Positions 1 to 9,940 are shown, numbered from the stretch's first letter. The stretch is 64,000 nt of DNA from an uncultured Actinomycetota bacterium (GCA_963769435.1 CAVYLN010000002.1:1201109-1265108), one strand, 5' to 3'. The notes: generated by a model not told the origin, from the letters alone. Numbers and translations are program-made.

Positions 1-136
1 CGACGAGTTCCAGAACACCCGCGTCGGCAAGGTCCGCATTGAACCCCATCATCGCGTCGATCATCTCCTCCGACGGGACCTCATCGGCCGCCCGCGTGCC
101 ATACACCGCGGGGATCATGAACATCACAAACCGCAT
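1..136 (-). CDS. YciI family protein, N-terminal part (gene runs off the window start)
   Basis: ATG at 136..134 preceded by AGGAG. Translation MRFVMFMIPAVYGTRAADEVPSEEMIDAMMGFNADLADAGVLELV resembles YciI/DGPF-type N-termini. Confidence 0.55.
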   Translation of the reverse strand, partial: MRFVMFMIPAVYGTRAADEVPSEEMIDAMMGFNADLADAGVLELV

Positions 137-227
137 GGGAGAACTCCTGATCGCTGGGACGCCCAGCCTACCCGTCGTCGACACCGGCGACAGTCCACGC
201 ACATCAGGACCGGGGTAGAAAGGATGT

Positions 228-398
228 GTGGAGGATCCGCTGATCGGCACCTGGGACATCATCGGCCTGTTGCCCGACGGACAGGAACTGTCACAGCCCG
301 CGTCGATAACGTTCGACGGGCAGCGACCGCACTTCTACGACGTCCTGCTGTGCATCGGTACGTGCGAAGGCTGTGGCTCGACGAGCGGCTGCAGCTGA
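228..398 (+). CDS. Small 56-aa Cys-rich protein/peptide, below the 60-aa cutoff of the ORF track
   Basis: GTG at 228 lies 4 nt after AAGGA. Translation VEDPLIGTWDIIGLLPDGQELSQPASITFDGQRPHFYDVLLCIGTCEGCGSTSGCS. 47 of 56 codons end in G/C, whereas the overlapping 224..493 ORF is Arg-rich and looks out of frame. An intrinsic terminator follows directly. Confidence 0.45.
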   Translation: MEDPLIGTWDIIGLLPDGQELSQPASITFDGQRPHFYDVLLCIGTCEGCGSTSGCS

Positions 399-407
399 CA
401 CAGACGA

Positions 408-448
408 GGGAGGGCGGCCCAGCGGAACAGCGGGTCGCCCTCCCTTTT
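408..448 (+). terminator. Rho-independent terminator
   Basis: Perfect 9-bp stem GGGAGGGCG (408..416) / CGCCCTCCC (436..444) followed by TTTT (445..448), 10 nt after the stop of the small ORF. Confidence 0.6.
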
Positions 449-482
449 CCATGCCCGGATCGGGGTCGGTTCACTCTTTCCG

Positions 483-3400
483 GTGACCGCTGAACACGTC
501 ACGACCCGTGCCGTCGAGGATAGATTGGGCCTGGAGAGGAGCGTCGCGATGTCCGATTCCTCATCCGGCGGTGCGCTGACCGATGCCACGATGCGAGCAG
601 CCATCGACAATGCGGCCATCGCGACGGCGATTCTCGACGGCGGGGCGGGGCGAATCATCCACGCCAACAGTTCGCTGTGTCAGTTGCTCAAGCGTGCCCG
701 CGATTCGCTGCGGGGGGTCGGGTGGATGGAACTGGCCCATCCCGATGATCCATCGGTGGACCTTGCGGCGCTACGGGCCGGGGATGTGGAATCACTGCGC
801 GCGACGCGGCGTTACGTGCTGCCCGACGGATCGACCGTCTGGGGTGATGAGTCGCTGGCTGCTGTCCGGGATGAGAGCGGCGAGCTGCTGGTGGTCATTG
901 CCCAGGTCGTCGATGCCACGGAGACCGTGGAGGTCAGGGATGCCTTGGCCACATCGGAGCAGCGGTATCGGCTACTGGCCGAGAACGCTGCGGACTTCCT
1001 GATGGAGACGAGTACCGAAGGTGTCGTGACCTGGGTCTCGCCGGCGATCAAGGGGGTCCTGGGGTGGTCCCCCGAGGACCTCGTGGGGCATCTGCCTCTG
1101 ATGTTGATTTGCGCCGGTTCACCAAGCAGGTGGGGAGAGAACCAGCAGTTGCTCAACAGCGGGGCGATGGCTGAGGACCGCGTGCGGGTGGTCACTCCGG
1201 ATGGACGGTGTCTGTGGGCCGATATCGTCGCTCGGCCCGTCATCGACGCAGACGGTCGCGTGAGCTCGCAGTTGTCCGCCTGGCGTGATGTCACGGCTCA
1301 GATCGAAGCAGAACAGCGGTTGCGGGACTCGGAGGAGCGTTACCGGCTCTTGGCGGAGAACGCTTCGGATCTGGTCTTCCTGGGGAACCCGGACTGGACG
1401 CTGGCCTGGGTGTCTCCTTCGGTGACCCGAATCCTCGGGTGGGAACCCGATGAGTTGCTCGCCGCCGAGGACCTCAGCGCTCTGGTGCATCCGGAGGATC
1501 TGGGAAACACCCCGGTGAGCAGCGCCTCGGAGATCGGCGATGGAGTCGCCTACGACGCACGCTTCCTGTGCAAGGACGGCTCCTACCGATGGCTGTCGGT
1601 CACGATCCGATTGCTCGTGGGTCCAGAGGGCGAGCCGCTCGGCATCGCGGGCAGCGGGCGTGACATCACTGCGTCAGTTGAGGCGCGCGAGGAACTGCAG
1701 TTCACCTCGTCACGGCTGCACGCCACGCTCAACTCGATGATCGATCCACTCGTGGTGCTGCAGGCGGTACGCAACGCGCAGGGAACCATCGTCGACTTCG
1801 TGCATGTGGAGGCCAACGACGCCGCGGGCCGTCACACACACCGCTCCCGTGAGGACCTGATCGGCACGCTGCAGTCGGACGTGGTTCCCGGACAGGCGGA
1901 GTCGGGTCTGTACGACATGTATCGGGCTGTGATCGAGACGGGTGAACCGTGGTTCGGGAATGCCGTGCCCTACGAGGACGAGATGCAGGGCGGCGCCTTG
2001 CGGTTGTTCGACATCAGCGCCATCAAGGTCGCAGACGCTGTCTGCCTGACGTTCCGCGACGTGACCGAACGTGAAGAGGCCGCAACTGATTTGGCCGCCT
2101 CGGAGGCTCGGTTCCGGCTGCTGGCCGAGAATGCCTCCGACGTCGTGCTGGAGCATCGCAGGGACATCGTGTGGGTGTCCAATGCGCTCAAGGATGCCCT
2201 CGGCTGGGACTCGGACCAGTGGATCGGTCGCAAACTGTCGGAGTTCGTCCACCCCGAGGATGTCGGATCATTCGACCTCGAGGGGGCGGTCTTCATCGAG
2301 GGGGCGGCCTTAGGCAACGTGGATTCGGTCAAAGGGGCGACCTTCCGGGTGGCGCGTGCAGACGGTGAGTACCGCTGGATGTCCACGCGCGCGACGGCGC
2401 TGCGCGACGTCGATCGAAAAGTGGTCGGGGGAGTGGTCGGACTGCGAGACGTCCACGATGAGGTCCTCGCCAACCAGCGCTTGGAGGCCTCCGAGTCGCT
2501 GTTCCGCACGGCGGTGAGTTCGGCGCCGGTCGGTGTGGTTCTGGCGGACGCCGAGGGGCGACCATCGTTGACCAATCCCGCGATGTCGGCGATCGCGCAA
2601 CGCAGTGCGAGTTGGCTGCGATCCCACCGGCTCAAGGAACTCCTGCACCCGGATGAAATCGAGCGTATCGACAAGGTCAACGAGCAGTTCCTGGCCGGCT
2701 CGCGTTCGATGTTCGCCGATGTCGTGCGGCTCGTCCGGGGGGACGGCTCGACGGCCTGGACCAAGGTGGCGGCGGTGCGGCTATCACCCGATAACAGCAA
2801 CTCGGCTTTCATCCTCGTCCAGGTCGAGGATGTCACCGCGGAGCGTGAAGCCCAGGAGGAACTTGCCTTCCAGGCGTTCCATGACTCGTTGACGGGTCTT
2901 CGCAACCGGGCCTGGCTCGTGCAGACCCTCGAGCAGGACCTTGCGGATGCCAAAGAACTCGGCCAGCACGTCGGTGTGCTGTTCGTCGACTTGGACAACT
3001 TCAAAGTCGTGAACGATTCACTGGGCCATCTGGCCGGTGACGAGGTGCTCACGCAGGTCGGGCAGCGACTACAGCGTGCTCTGCGGTCTCGGGAGCGGCT
3101 CGGGCGTTTCGGAGGTGACGAGTTCGTCATCATCATTCCGGAGGTGGGTGACGTACTGGAAGTCGAACGGACCGCCGAGCGCATCGATGCGGTGATCCGG
3201 CAGGACCTGCAGATCCAGGGCCATCGGATCGTTCCCACCGGGTCCATCGGGATTGCCGTGTCGGACGGGGCCTCGACTGCAGAGGGCCTGTTGCGGGACA
3301 CGGACGCCGCCTTGTTCCGGGCCAAGTCGGCGGGGCGTGGCCGGTGGCACTTCTTCGATCAGCAGATGCACGCCAGTGCGGTGGATCGGCTCACGCTGGA

Positions 3401-4121
3401 GGGTGAGATCCGGCACGGAGTCGATGAGGGGCAGTTCTTCGTGGTGTACCAGCCGATCGTCCGGTTGCGGGACCGGAAGGTATTCGGACACGAAGCGCTG
3501 GTCCGATGGCGGCATCCGACGCGAGGGCTTGTGTCGCCGGGCGATTTTCTTCCAGTCGCGGAGGACAGCGGCCTGATCGTGCCCCTGGGTCAGCAGGTGC
3601 TTGAAGACGTCTGCGCCACTCTGCGCGACGTGCCCGAGTACGGGCCGATCAGTGTGAATGTGTCGGCCGTGCAACTGGCCGCGAAGGACTGGGCCAAAGG
3701 CCTCTTGACGACGATGGACCAGTTCGCCGTGAAGCCCGAGCAGGTCGTCGTGGAGGTCACCGAGACCGCGGTGCTGTCGCAGTTGGACAGCACCGGCGAG
3801 GACTTGTCCGCCCTGCGCGATCTGGGGGTGGGTGTGCACGTCGACGACTTCGGGACCGGCTTCTCCTCGATCTCGTTGCTGCGTGACCTCCCGGTCACCG
3901 GCCTGAAGCTGGATCGCAGTTTCGTGCAGCACCTCACCAGTGAGGAGAGTCAGGCCAACGCGCTCTCGGCCGGCGTGGTGGGTTTGGCCCGTGGACTGCA
4001 CCTGCTGGGCATCGCCGAAGGCATCGAGACCGAGCAGCAGTGGGCCACGCTGCTGGCCCAGGGCTGGGAGTTCGGGCAGGGGTACCTGTTCGGTAGGCCC
4101 GAGCCGCTTCCCGAGCGGTGA
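483..4121 (+). CDS. Multi-PAS sensor diguanylate cyclase/phosphodiesterase (GGDEF-EAL)
   Basis: 1212-aa ORF with repeated PAS-like blocks (RYRLLAENA occurs 3 times), GGDEF motif (RFGGDEFVIII) and EAL motif (EALVRW). The true start may be the ATG at 549 (MSDSSSGG). Confidence 0.9.
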   Translation: MTAEHVTTRAVEDRLGLERSVAMSDSSSGGALTDATMRAAIDNAAIATAILDGGAGRIIHANSSLCQLLKRARDSLRGVGWMELAHPDDPSVDLAALRAGDVESLRATRRYVLPDGSTVWGDESLAAVRDESGELLVVIAQVVDATETVEVRDALATSEQRYRLLAENAADFLMETSTEGVVTWVSPAIKGVLGWSPEDLVGHLPLMLICAGSPSRWGENQQLLNSGAMAEDRVRVVTPDGRCLWADIVARPVIDADGRVSSQLSAWRDVTAQIEAEQRLRDSEERYRLLAENASDLVFLGNPDWTLAWVSPSVTRILGWEPDELLAAEDLSALVHPEDLGNTPVSSASEIGDGVAYDARFLCKDGSYRWLSVTIRLLVGPEGEPLGIAGSGRDITASVEAREELQFTSSRLHATLNSMIDPLVVLQAVRNAQGTIVDFVHVEANDAAGRHTHRSREDLIGTLQSDVVPGQAESGLYDMYRAVIETGEPWFGNAVPYEDEMQGGALRLFDISAIKVADAVCLTFRDVTEREEAATDLAASEARFRLLAENASDVVLEHRRDIVWVSNALKDALGWDSDQWIGRKLSEFVHPEDVGSFDLEGAVFIEGAALGNVDSVKGATFRVARADGEYRWMSTRATALRDVDRKVVGGVVGLRDVHDEVLANQRLEASESLFRTAVSSAPVGVVLADAEGRPSLTNPAMSAIAQRSASWLRSHRLKELLHPDEIERIDKVNEQFLAGSRSMFADVVRLVRGDGSTAWTKVAAVRLSPDNSNSAFILVQVEDVTAEREAQEELAFQAFHDSLTGLRNRAWLVQTLEQDLADAKELGQHVGVLFVDLDNFKVVNDSLGHLAGDEVLTQVGQRLQRALRSRERLGRFGGDEFVIIIPEVGDVLEVERTAERIDAVIRQDLQIQGHRIVPTGSIGIAVSDGASTAEGLLRDTDAALFRAKSAGRGRWHFFDQQMHASAVDRLTLEGEIRHGVDEGQFFVVYQPIVRLRDRKVFGHEALVRWRHPTRGLVSPGDFLPVAEDSGLIVPLGQQVLEDVCATLRDVPEYGPISVNVSAVQLAAKDWAKGLLTTMDQFAVKPEQVVVEVTETAVLSQLDSTGEDLSALRDLGVGVHVDDFGTGFSSISLLRDLPVTGLKLDRSFVQHLTSEESQANALSAGVVGLARGLHLLGIAEGIETEQQWATLLAQGWEFGQGYLFGRPEPLPER

Positions 4122-4487
4122 GGTCACTCACACCGAAGCCGCGTCCTCGAGGTCGTCCTTCTGTGCGCTCGGCCTGGTGGCCAGCCACGACCCGATCAGC
4201 ACGATGGGGAAACCGATGACGCGGGCTGCAACCGCGCGGTCGGCCAGTACACCCTTGAGGCCGGCCGATTGCGGGCCGGACCCGTCGCCCTGACGATGAT
4301 GTACTGCCCGGACATGACGGTGGAGCAGCATCTCTGCACCGCTCTGGGACAGCCGTTGCAGGTCGACGTGGTGGCCGACCGGCTCATCGCAGCGGGACCG
4401 CGCGGCGGTTTTGAGGCTCGGCGCGCATCCCCGGCCCTCGACGCTTGAGCCAGAGTCCGGCGCAGCGCCCGGGTTCGGCCAGTGGGA

Positions 4488-4680
4488 CCGGCCCGACCCG
4501 ACCCGACCACGCCCGGCCCGACCCGGCCACGAGGCCCGGCCCGACCCGACCACGAGGTTGGAGAACGTGCACGAGGTTGGAGAACACACGCGTGGCTTCT
4601 CCAACCTCGTCAACAACCTCCAACGTCGCTGGCGCAGGAGCCCGCCCGTCGCGACCCGACCGGCGCTCCAACGTCGCTGG
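4488..4680. repeat. Composite intergenic repeat cluster: 23-bp tandem repeat, 19-bp-period tandem repeat, 14-bp perfect hairpin and CTCCAAC-core copies
   Basis: CCCGGCCCGACCCGRCCACGAGG at 4512..4534 and 4535..4557 (1 mismatch), with a degenerate copy at 4488..4511. CACGAGGTTGGAGAAC at 4551..4566 and 4570..4585. Hairpin ACGAGGTTGGAGAA (4571..4584) / TTCTCCAACCTCGT (4597..4610). CTCCAACGTCGCTGG occurs twice, near 4618 and 4666. Confidence 0.8.
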
Positions 4681-4716
4681 CCAGAGCCCGCCCTGGCCCC
4701 GACTGACCGAGCCGAC

Positions 4717-6437
4717 CTACTGCGGCATCACGTAGGTGTCGGCCAATCCGACAACCTCGTCGACGAATGCCTGTTCGGCCTGCGGGTCGATCTTCGGCGC
4801 CCGGATGAGTCCGAGAGCGGCCGCCCGCTGCTCGTCCGTCGCGGAGGCCTGACCGTGCAGTGAGACCGCGATCTCGGAGACGTCCTGCACGAAGACCGCG
4901 AAGATCCGGTCGAGGTGGCTGTCGCCGAGGTCACTCATGTCGCTGACGGTCCCTGGGCGCGGCACACCGGCGGACTCACAGACCAGTTGTGCGTAGACGA
5001 CCTGGGTGAACAACTGCCCGAGGGTGAGCAGGAAGTCCAGATCCTTCTGCTGCGCCTCGCTGGGCGGAGCCGACATGACCAGGGCAGTGAACGCGTCGAC
5101 CTGCTCCAGGAACAGTGCGACGTTGGGCAGGTGCTGGTAGCGCTCGAGCGCGGGTCGCCACGGCGCGAACGTGATCCGGCCCAGGCCCGGATGCCCGTCC
5201 CTGCCGGAACAGGTAGTCGTCGTCGGCCGCCTCCTGGCGCACCGGAACCTCCGGGTACTCGCCGGTCGCCATGAGGTACTGCGGCAGGAACTTCAGCACC
5301 AGCGCGAGGTTCACGTGGACGGTGCCCTCCAGCTTCGGCAGCGCCCGGATGTGCCCGGCCGCCTGCTCGAAGTACGTGTCCTTCTCGAATCCACGGGCCG
5401 CGATGATCTCCCACAGACAGATCGATGACACGCTCCCCCTCGCTGGTCACCTTCATCTTGGTGATCGGGTTGAACAGCAGGAACCGGCGATCGTCCTCGG
5501 AGGCACTGCGGAAGTAGTCGGCACTGCGCGCCGAGTACAACTTCATCGCCAGCAGCCGGGCGTACGCATCGGCGAACATCCGGCGCACGTGCGGGAAGGT
5601 CGTCACCTTCGTGCCGTAGAGGACACGGTGGTCGGCGTGGGTCACGGCCTCGTAGAAGGCGTGCTCACAGATGCCGATACTGGCCCACCCGAGGTTCACC
5701 TTGCCCACGTTGACGGTCGCCAGGGCGGCATCCCAGGCAGCCTTGCCGGTGTGCAGGATGTCGGCCTGGGTGACGGGGTAGTCATGCAGCGCGAAAGCCG
5801 ACACATACATCTGGTCGGCGACGACGTTCTTCTGCAGTTCGTACTCCGGGGCCTGGGTGTCGACGAGGAAGAACACGTACTCTCCCGTGTCGGCGAACTT
5901 GCCGAAGACGCTCAGACGGCCTGCCACGTTGCCGTTGCCGATGTAGTACTTCGGCCCGTTGGCCACCCAGCCGCCATCGGTGGGGGTGAGGATCATGTCG
6001 GTGGAGTAGATGTCCGCCCCGTGGGACTGTTCGGACAGCCCGAAACCGAAGATGGCCCCGGACTCCAACAACTTGCCGACCAGCTGCTTGGCCTCCTCGT
6101 TCTCGCTCATCCACACCGGTCCGAGCCCCAGCACCGTGACCTGCCAGGCGTACCAGTACGACAGGGAGTAGAAGCCGAGGATCTCGTTGAGGTCGTTGAT
6201 CCGCGCGGTGTCCCAGCGGGCACCTTCCCCGCCGACGGCGGCCGGGGTGCCGAAGGCGGCGAGAATCCCTTCCTTGGCGTTGAAGTCCAGGAAGTCCTGG
6301 TACCACGCCCGCTGGTGGAAATCGTCCTTCATCTCGGCCAGACCCTTGTCCTCGAAGAACTGGATCAGCGCTTTGAGCTGACGCTGGGTCTCGGGGTCGT
6401 AGGCCGACGGGTCGTAGGTGTGGGGATTGAAGATCAT
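4717..6437 (-). pseudogene. Acyl-CoA dehydrogenase family protein, interrupted by two frameshifts (or assembly indels)
   Basis: The protein is readable across three frames: 6437 to ~5425 (MIFNPHTYDP...KMKVTSEGERV), ~5431 to ~5195 (SSICLWEIIAARGFEKDTYFEQA...YLFRQG) and ~5195 to 4717 (DGHPGLGRITFAPWRPALERY...DTYVMPQ). Length is 1721 nt, not a multiple of 3. Confidence 0.8.
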
Positions 6438-6538
6438 GGGCCCAACGTATCGTGTGTCCCCCGCCGCCGGAAAACCCTCTTGGTGAAGAAGGTGCACCTC
6501 ACGTGTCACTGCTTCACCGAAAGCACGAGACTACAGGC

Positions 6539-6787
6539 ATGTGCCGCAACATCACGATCCTGCGGGGCCTCGAGCCGCCCGCCACCGAGACCGAGATCCG
6601 CGCCGCCGCCGAGCAGTACGTCCGGAAGGTCAGTGGGGTGGCCAAGCCAAGCGCCGCGACCCAGGCCGCCTACAGCGCCGCGATCGAGGCGGTTGCCGCT
6701 GCCACCACCACGTTGCTTGCGGAGTTGCCGGCGCGACGACAGCCACCCACGACCGAACCCCCTCTGCGGCGCCTCGGCCGGGCCTAG
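6539..6787 (+). CDS. DUF2277 domain-containing protein
   Basis: ATG at 6539. The N-terminus MCRNITILRGLEPPATETEIRAAAEQYVRKVSG is characteristic of DUF2277. Confidence 0.8.
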   Translation: MCRNITILRGLEPPATETEIRAAAEQYVRKVSGVAKPSAATQAAYSAAIEAVAAATTTLLAELPARRQPPTTEPPLRRLGRA

Positions 6788-6798
6788 CAGTAGTCCGA

Positions 6799-7386
6799 TC
6801 AGGGGGCACGTCCCGCAGCCACCCCGGCCGGGGTACTCCGGAACAGGGCCGCCCACGCGGTCAGTAGCCAGGCGGCCACGAGACCGACGATCAGCCAACT
6901 GGAGAACGAGGCGATCCACCCGCGGATGAAGAAGACGTTGAGTGCGGCGAGCAGCCACATCACGACGATGACGATCGCCGAGACGGCCAGGGTCAGCAGG
7001 TACCGGCCCGGTCGGGCGCGGATCGCAACGAAGTTCGCGCCCAGCGGGTTACCTGCGCCCGCCGCCGCAGCCACCGGGATGAACGGGGTCAGTGCGAGCA
7101 GCAGGACCCCGGGCCAGAAGTAGAAGGCCAGACCCACGTTGACCAGGATCGTCCACCCGGCGATCCAGACCGCGAAGACGGGCAGTCGTGCGCCACGCAG
7201 ATCACCGATACCGCTGCGCCCGACGACAGAGCGGTCGGCGATGTGGGCCATGAGTGCGAACGCGATCAACAGCACCGCCGCCGACATCCCCCACGCCAGC
7301 CAGAACACCGGAAGGCTCAGCAGTGACGCCTGGACCAGGGCATTGACCACCGTGACCGCGACGAACGGGAGGAACCCCCGCCACAT
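6799..7386 (-). CDS. Integral membrane protein, unknown function
   Basis: 195-aa ORF with about 6 hydrophobic segments; no recognisable motif. Confidence 0.6.
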   Translation of the reverse strand: MWRGFLPFVAVTVVNALVQASLLSLPVFWLAWGMSAAVLLIAFALMAHIADRSVVGRSGIGDLRGARLPVFAVWIAGWTILVNVGLAFYFWPGVLLLALTPFIPVAAAAGAGNPLGANFVAIRARPGRYLLTLAVSAIVIVVMWLLAALNVFFIRGWIASFSSWLIVGLVAAWLLTAWAALFRSTPAGVAAGRAP

Positions 7387-7440
7387 CCTCGTGAAGCCGG
7401 TTGCGACGACGGACCGATCCGTACTGCTTCTCCGCAGCGC

Positions 7441-7776
7441 TCACGAGGTCCGCTCCCCAGCCTTCTCGATGACTTCCTGCACCTGGCCCTGGAAGATCTC
7501 CTGACCCGCGATCCTCACCGTCATGATCATCTCGTCGTCGTCGGGAACCTCCACCTCGATCGCCTCGTTGTCCACGGTGGTGCCGGTGCATCTGAACATG
7601 CCGTCCGCCTCCACGCACGCGGGCGCCGAGAGCAGCCGGACGTTCTGTGCGACAAGTACGTCGTCGGCGGCGATCTCGACCGTGGCCAGCGGGACTCCGC
7701 TCACCTGCTGCAGCGAGTCGACTTGGGAACATGCCGCGAGCAGCGGTACCGCGAGCACCCACACCCAACGCCTCAT
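7441..7776 (-). CDS. Lipoprotein, unknown function
   Basis: Signal peptide with lipobox MRRWVWVLAVPLLAAC. ATGA start/stop overlap with the upstream metallophosphoesterase at 7773..7776. Confidence 0.7.
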   Translation of the reverse strand: MRRWVWVLAVPLLAACSQVDSLQQVSGVPLATVEIAADDVLVAQNVRLLSAPACVEADGMFRCTGTTVDNEAIEVEVPDDDEMIMTVRIAGQEIFQGQVQEVIEKAGERTS

Positions 7777-9566
7777 GACTGGACCTCCCCGGCGACGAGT
7801 CGCGCCTTTGCGGCCAGAGCCACTTTCTCCAGCTCAGCGTCGGTGATCCCGGACAGGTCGAAGGGTGCCGGCAGCAGGAGTTCGCAGTTGCGGTCCAGCG
7901 CCGAACCCATCCGCATCGGCGGGTTCTCTATCCAGTCGTTGGCCGAGAGTTGCCGGCTCAGGGAAGCCAGCCCATCCTGGCTGAAGTCCGAAGGAGTCCA
8001 AGCCGGACCAGCGGAGTGGTCCAGACACGTCGTGAACAGCGACAGGGTGCCGTCCCGGTTGTCCACGATCTCGATGAGTTGCTGCTGCTGCGGGAAGTCG
8101 ATGCATGATGCCGTCGTGACCTCCCAGAAGCCGCCACCGCCGGGTTTGGCGTGCGGGATGATCGTGTTGATGTGTGTGTGCCCGTTGAACCACGCGACGA
8201 GGTTCGGGTAAGCCTGCAGCATCGCGACGAACTCCTCGGCGTGGATCAGGCGCTGGTTCGGTCCGAAGACCAACTGCGCCTCGTTCTCCAGTGTCGTGCT
8301 GTTGTGATGGCTCAGGACTATGCACAGTCTGTTCTCCGCCTGCGCCTGCTGGAGTCCGGCCTCGAGCCAGGTGAACTGGTCCTCCGGAACCGCGCCGTCC
8401 GGACCGGCGACCTGGTTGCACGTGTCGAGGCCGAACGCCCGCACGTGCGGACTGAGGTCCGCCATCCAATAGGTCTGTTTCGAGTCGAGGTTCTGCTGGG
8501 TGAAGCCGTGGCCCGCCGGTCCCGGGCTGGCCGGGGAATCCAGATGTGCCTGGATGAAGTCCATGGAGGCGAACAGCCGGCGCTGCGGGTCTGGGGTCAC
8601 GCTCCTGATCCCTGCCTGTGCACCGAAGGCCGCGCGTGCGGCATGCAGGAACTGGTTGATCGCGCTGATGCCGGCTGCCGAGCCGCCGAGGAAATTGGCG
8701 GCGAACGGTTGCCACACGGCCGCTTTGCGGTCACCGATCGCCCACCGCCGCAGTGCGTCGTCGACCTCGAACGCGCCGAGGAAGGTGGTGTCGTGGTTGC
8801 CGTACACCGCGTACCAGGGTGCGGCCAGACCGACGGACTCCACGGTCTGGCTGACCGCGGCCTGCAGCATCCCCGGGATCCTCGGGAAGCCGTACGCGCC
8901 GTAGGGGTCGCCGCTGGGATCCTCCGGGTGATACGCGAAGGTCGACTCGCTCCACGCCTGGACGCCCTCGTAGACGCCGGGCTTGCCCGAGTTGGGCGAC
9001 ACAGGCACCCCATCCAGAAGGTTGATGTACCACTGCAGTTCCAGCTCGGACAGCATGTCCGCGCTGTCGCCGGTGTTGAAAGCCGCGAGCATCGGCGCCC
9101 CGGTCAGGGGACTGACCTCGGCCGCACGCATGGCCTGCACCATGGCGGCCCCGACGTTGACCGTCAGGGTGTCCTGTGGCCGGAAACTCCCGGTCCACAG
9201 GGACTCGCTCTGCCCGACCATCACGTCGAGGCGGGCCGGCGATTGCGCGTCCATGATGTGGATGTCGCTCAAATGACCCAGATATGCGATCGAGCGGCGC
9301 CGGGCTCGCCGGCCAGGGCTGGCTGTCCTCCCCAGCACGTCGTATCGCGGAAGGTGGGGTTCACCGGCGCCGACGGTCAGTTGCCGGTACTGCCGGTACA
9401 TCGGGGCGGTGAGCCGGATCGTCTTGTCGAGGGTGGTGGGGACGTCGGCTGGAGTGGCCGGGTCGGCCAGGCGTGCGGCCAGGGCGTCCTGCCTGATCCC
9501 GAGTGACGCGGCCAGTCCAGCCGTCGCCGCCAAGAACCCTCGCCGTGACAGTCCGGCCATCAGCAC
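7773..9566 (-). CDS. Tat-secreted metallophosphoesterase (TIGR03767-like)
   Basis: Twin-arginine leader (SRRGFLAATAGLAASLG). Calcineurin-like phosphoesterase motifs (GHLSDIH, GDSAD, GNHD, SHHN, NGHTH). Confidence 0.85.
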   Translation of the reverse strand: MLMAGLSRRGFLAATAGLAASLGIRQDALAARLADPATPADVPTTLDKTIRLTAPMYRQYRQLTVGAGEPHLPRYDVLGRTASPGRRARRRSIAYLGHLSDIHIMDAQSPARLDVMVGQSESLWTGSFRPQDTLTVNVGAAMVQAMRAAEVSPLTGAPMLAAFNTGDSADMLSELELQWYINLLDGVPVSPNSGKPGVYEGVQAWSESTFAYHPEDPSGDPYGAYGFPRIPGMLQAAVSQTVESVGLAAPWYAVYGNHDTTFLGAFEVDDALRRWAIGDRKAAVWQPFAANFLGGSAAGISAINQFLHAARAAFGAQAGIRSVTPDPQRRLFASMDFIQAHLDSPASPGPAGHGFTQQNLDSKQTYWMADLSPHVRAFGLDTCNQVAGPDGAVPEDQFTWLEAGLQQAQAENRLCIVLSHHNSTTLENEAQLVFGPNQRLIHAEEFVAMLQAYPNLVAWFNGHTHINTIIPHAKPGGGGFWEVTTASCIDFPQQQQLIEIVDNRDGTLSLFTTCLDHSAGPAWTPSDFSQDGLASLSRQLSANDWIENPPMRMGSALDRNCELLLPAPFDLSGITDAELEKVALAAKARLVAGEVQS

Positions 9567-9623
9567 CTCCCGATGTCTAGAGGTGCAGCCTGTCAGTTCA
9601 CGAGCTTCCGCTGCTGACCCAAC

Positions 9624-9743
9624 TCACCCCTGCGGGAGGCCTTCGTCTGCCATCTCCGGTTCGCCCCACGGCCCATTGCTGAGCATCGCGCACAGGTAGC
9701 CCACCAACTCGTCGCCGCTGATCGGTTCGACGGTGATCGTCAT
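9624..9743 (-). CDS. Possible 39-aa small protein
   Basis: ATG at 9743 lies 5 nt after GGGGAG. Translation MTITVEPISGDELVGYLCAMLSNGPWGEPEMADEGLPQG. It sits 57 nt upstream of the metallophosphoesterase start. No family recognised. Confidence 0.3.
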   Translation of the reverse strand: MTITVEPISGDELVGYLCAMLSNGPWGEPEMADEGLPQG

Positions 9744-9940
9744 GGCTGCTCCCCAGTGAGTAAGCATCGATGCTAACCCGGTGGGCCGCCGAGTAGAACC
9801 TCCCGATGCCAAGAGTGTGGAAGTGACCGTCAGAGCGCCGCCCGGCGCACCGGTCCGTCGTCAGTGGGACTGTGCACGGGGCCAATCCGAAGGACCGCCG
9901 TGATCGGACCGTGACCAACAGAGCGGCCGGAGTACGCGGG

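Noticed and set aside
1970-3325. Long antisense or out-of-frame ORFs throughout the track (for example 1970..3325-, 5271..6929+, 8151..9506+, 11091..12890+, 13725..15125+, 19011..20762+, 29095..30270+, 50777..51805+, 61472..62326-)
   Set aside because: They are shadow ORFs typical of high-GC DNA. Their translations are Arg/Pro/Gly-rich and low-complexity, and each overlaps a gene with clear family motifs on the other strand or frame.
4128-4331. Possible small membrane-protein gene or remnant on the minus strand (…GLKGVLADRAVAARVIGFPIVLIGSWLATRPSAQKDDLEDAASV; alternative start MSGQYIIVR in another frame)
   Set aside because: The codon bias looks coding, but the best N-terminus and C-terminus are in different frames. 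There is no convincing RBS and I recognise no family, so I did not call it as a feature.
4488-4560. CGACC-rich tandem repeats considered as a possible CRISPR array
   Set aside because: The repeats are directly adjacent with no unique spacers, only 2-3 copies of ~23 bp are present, and there are no cas genes. It is a simple tandem repeat.
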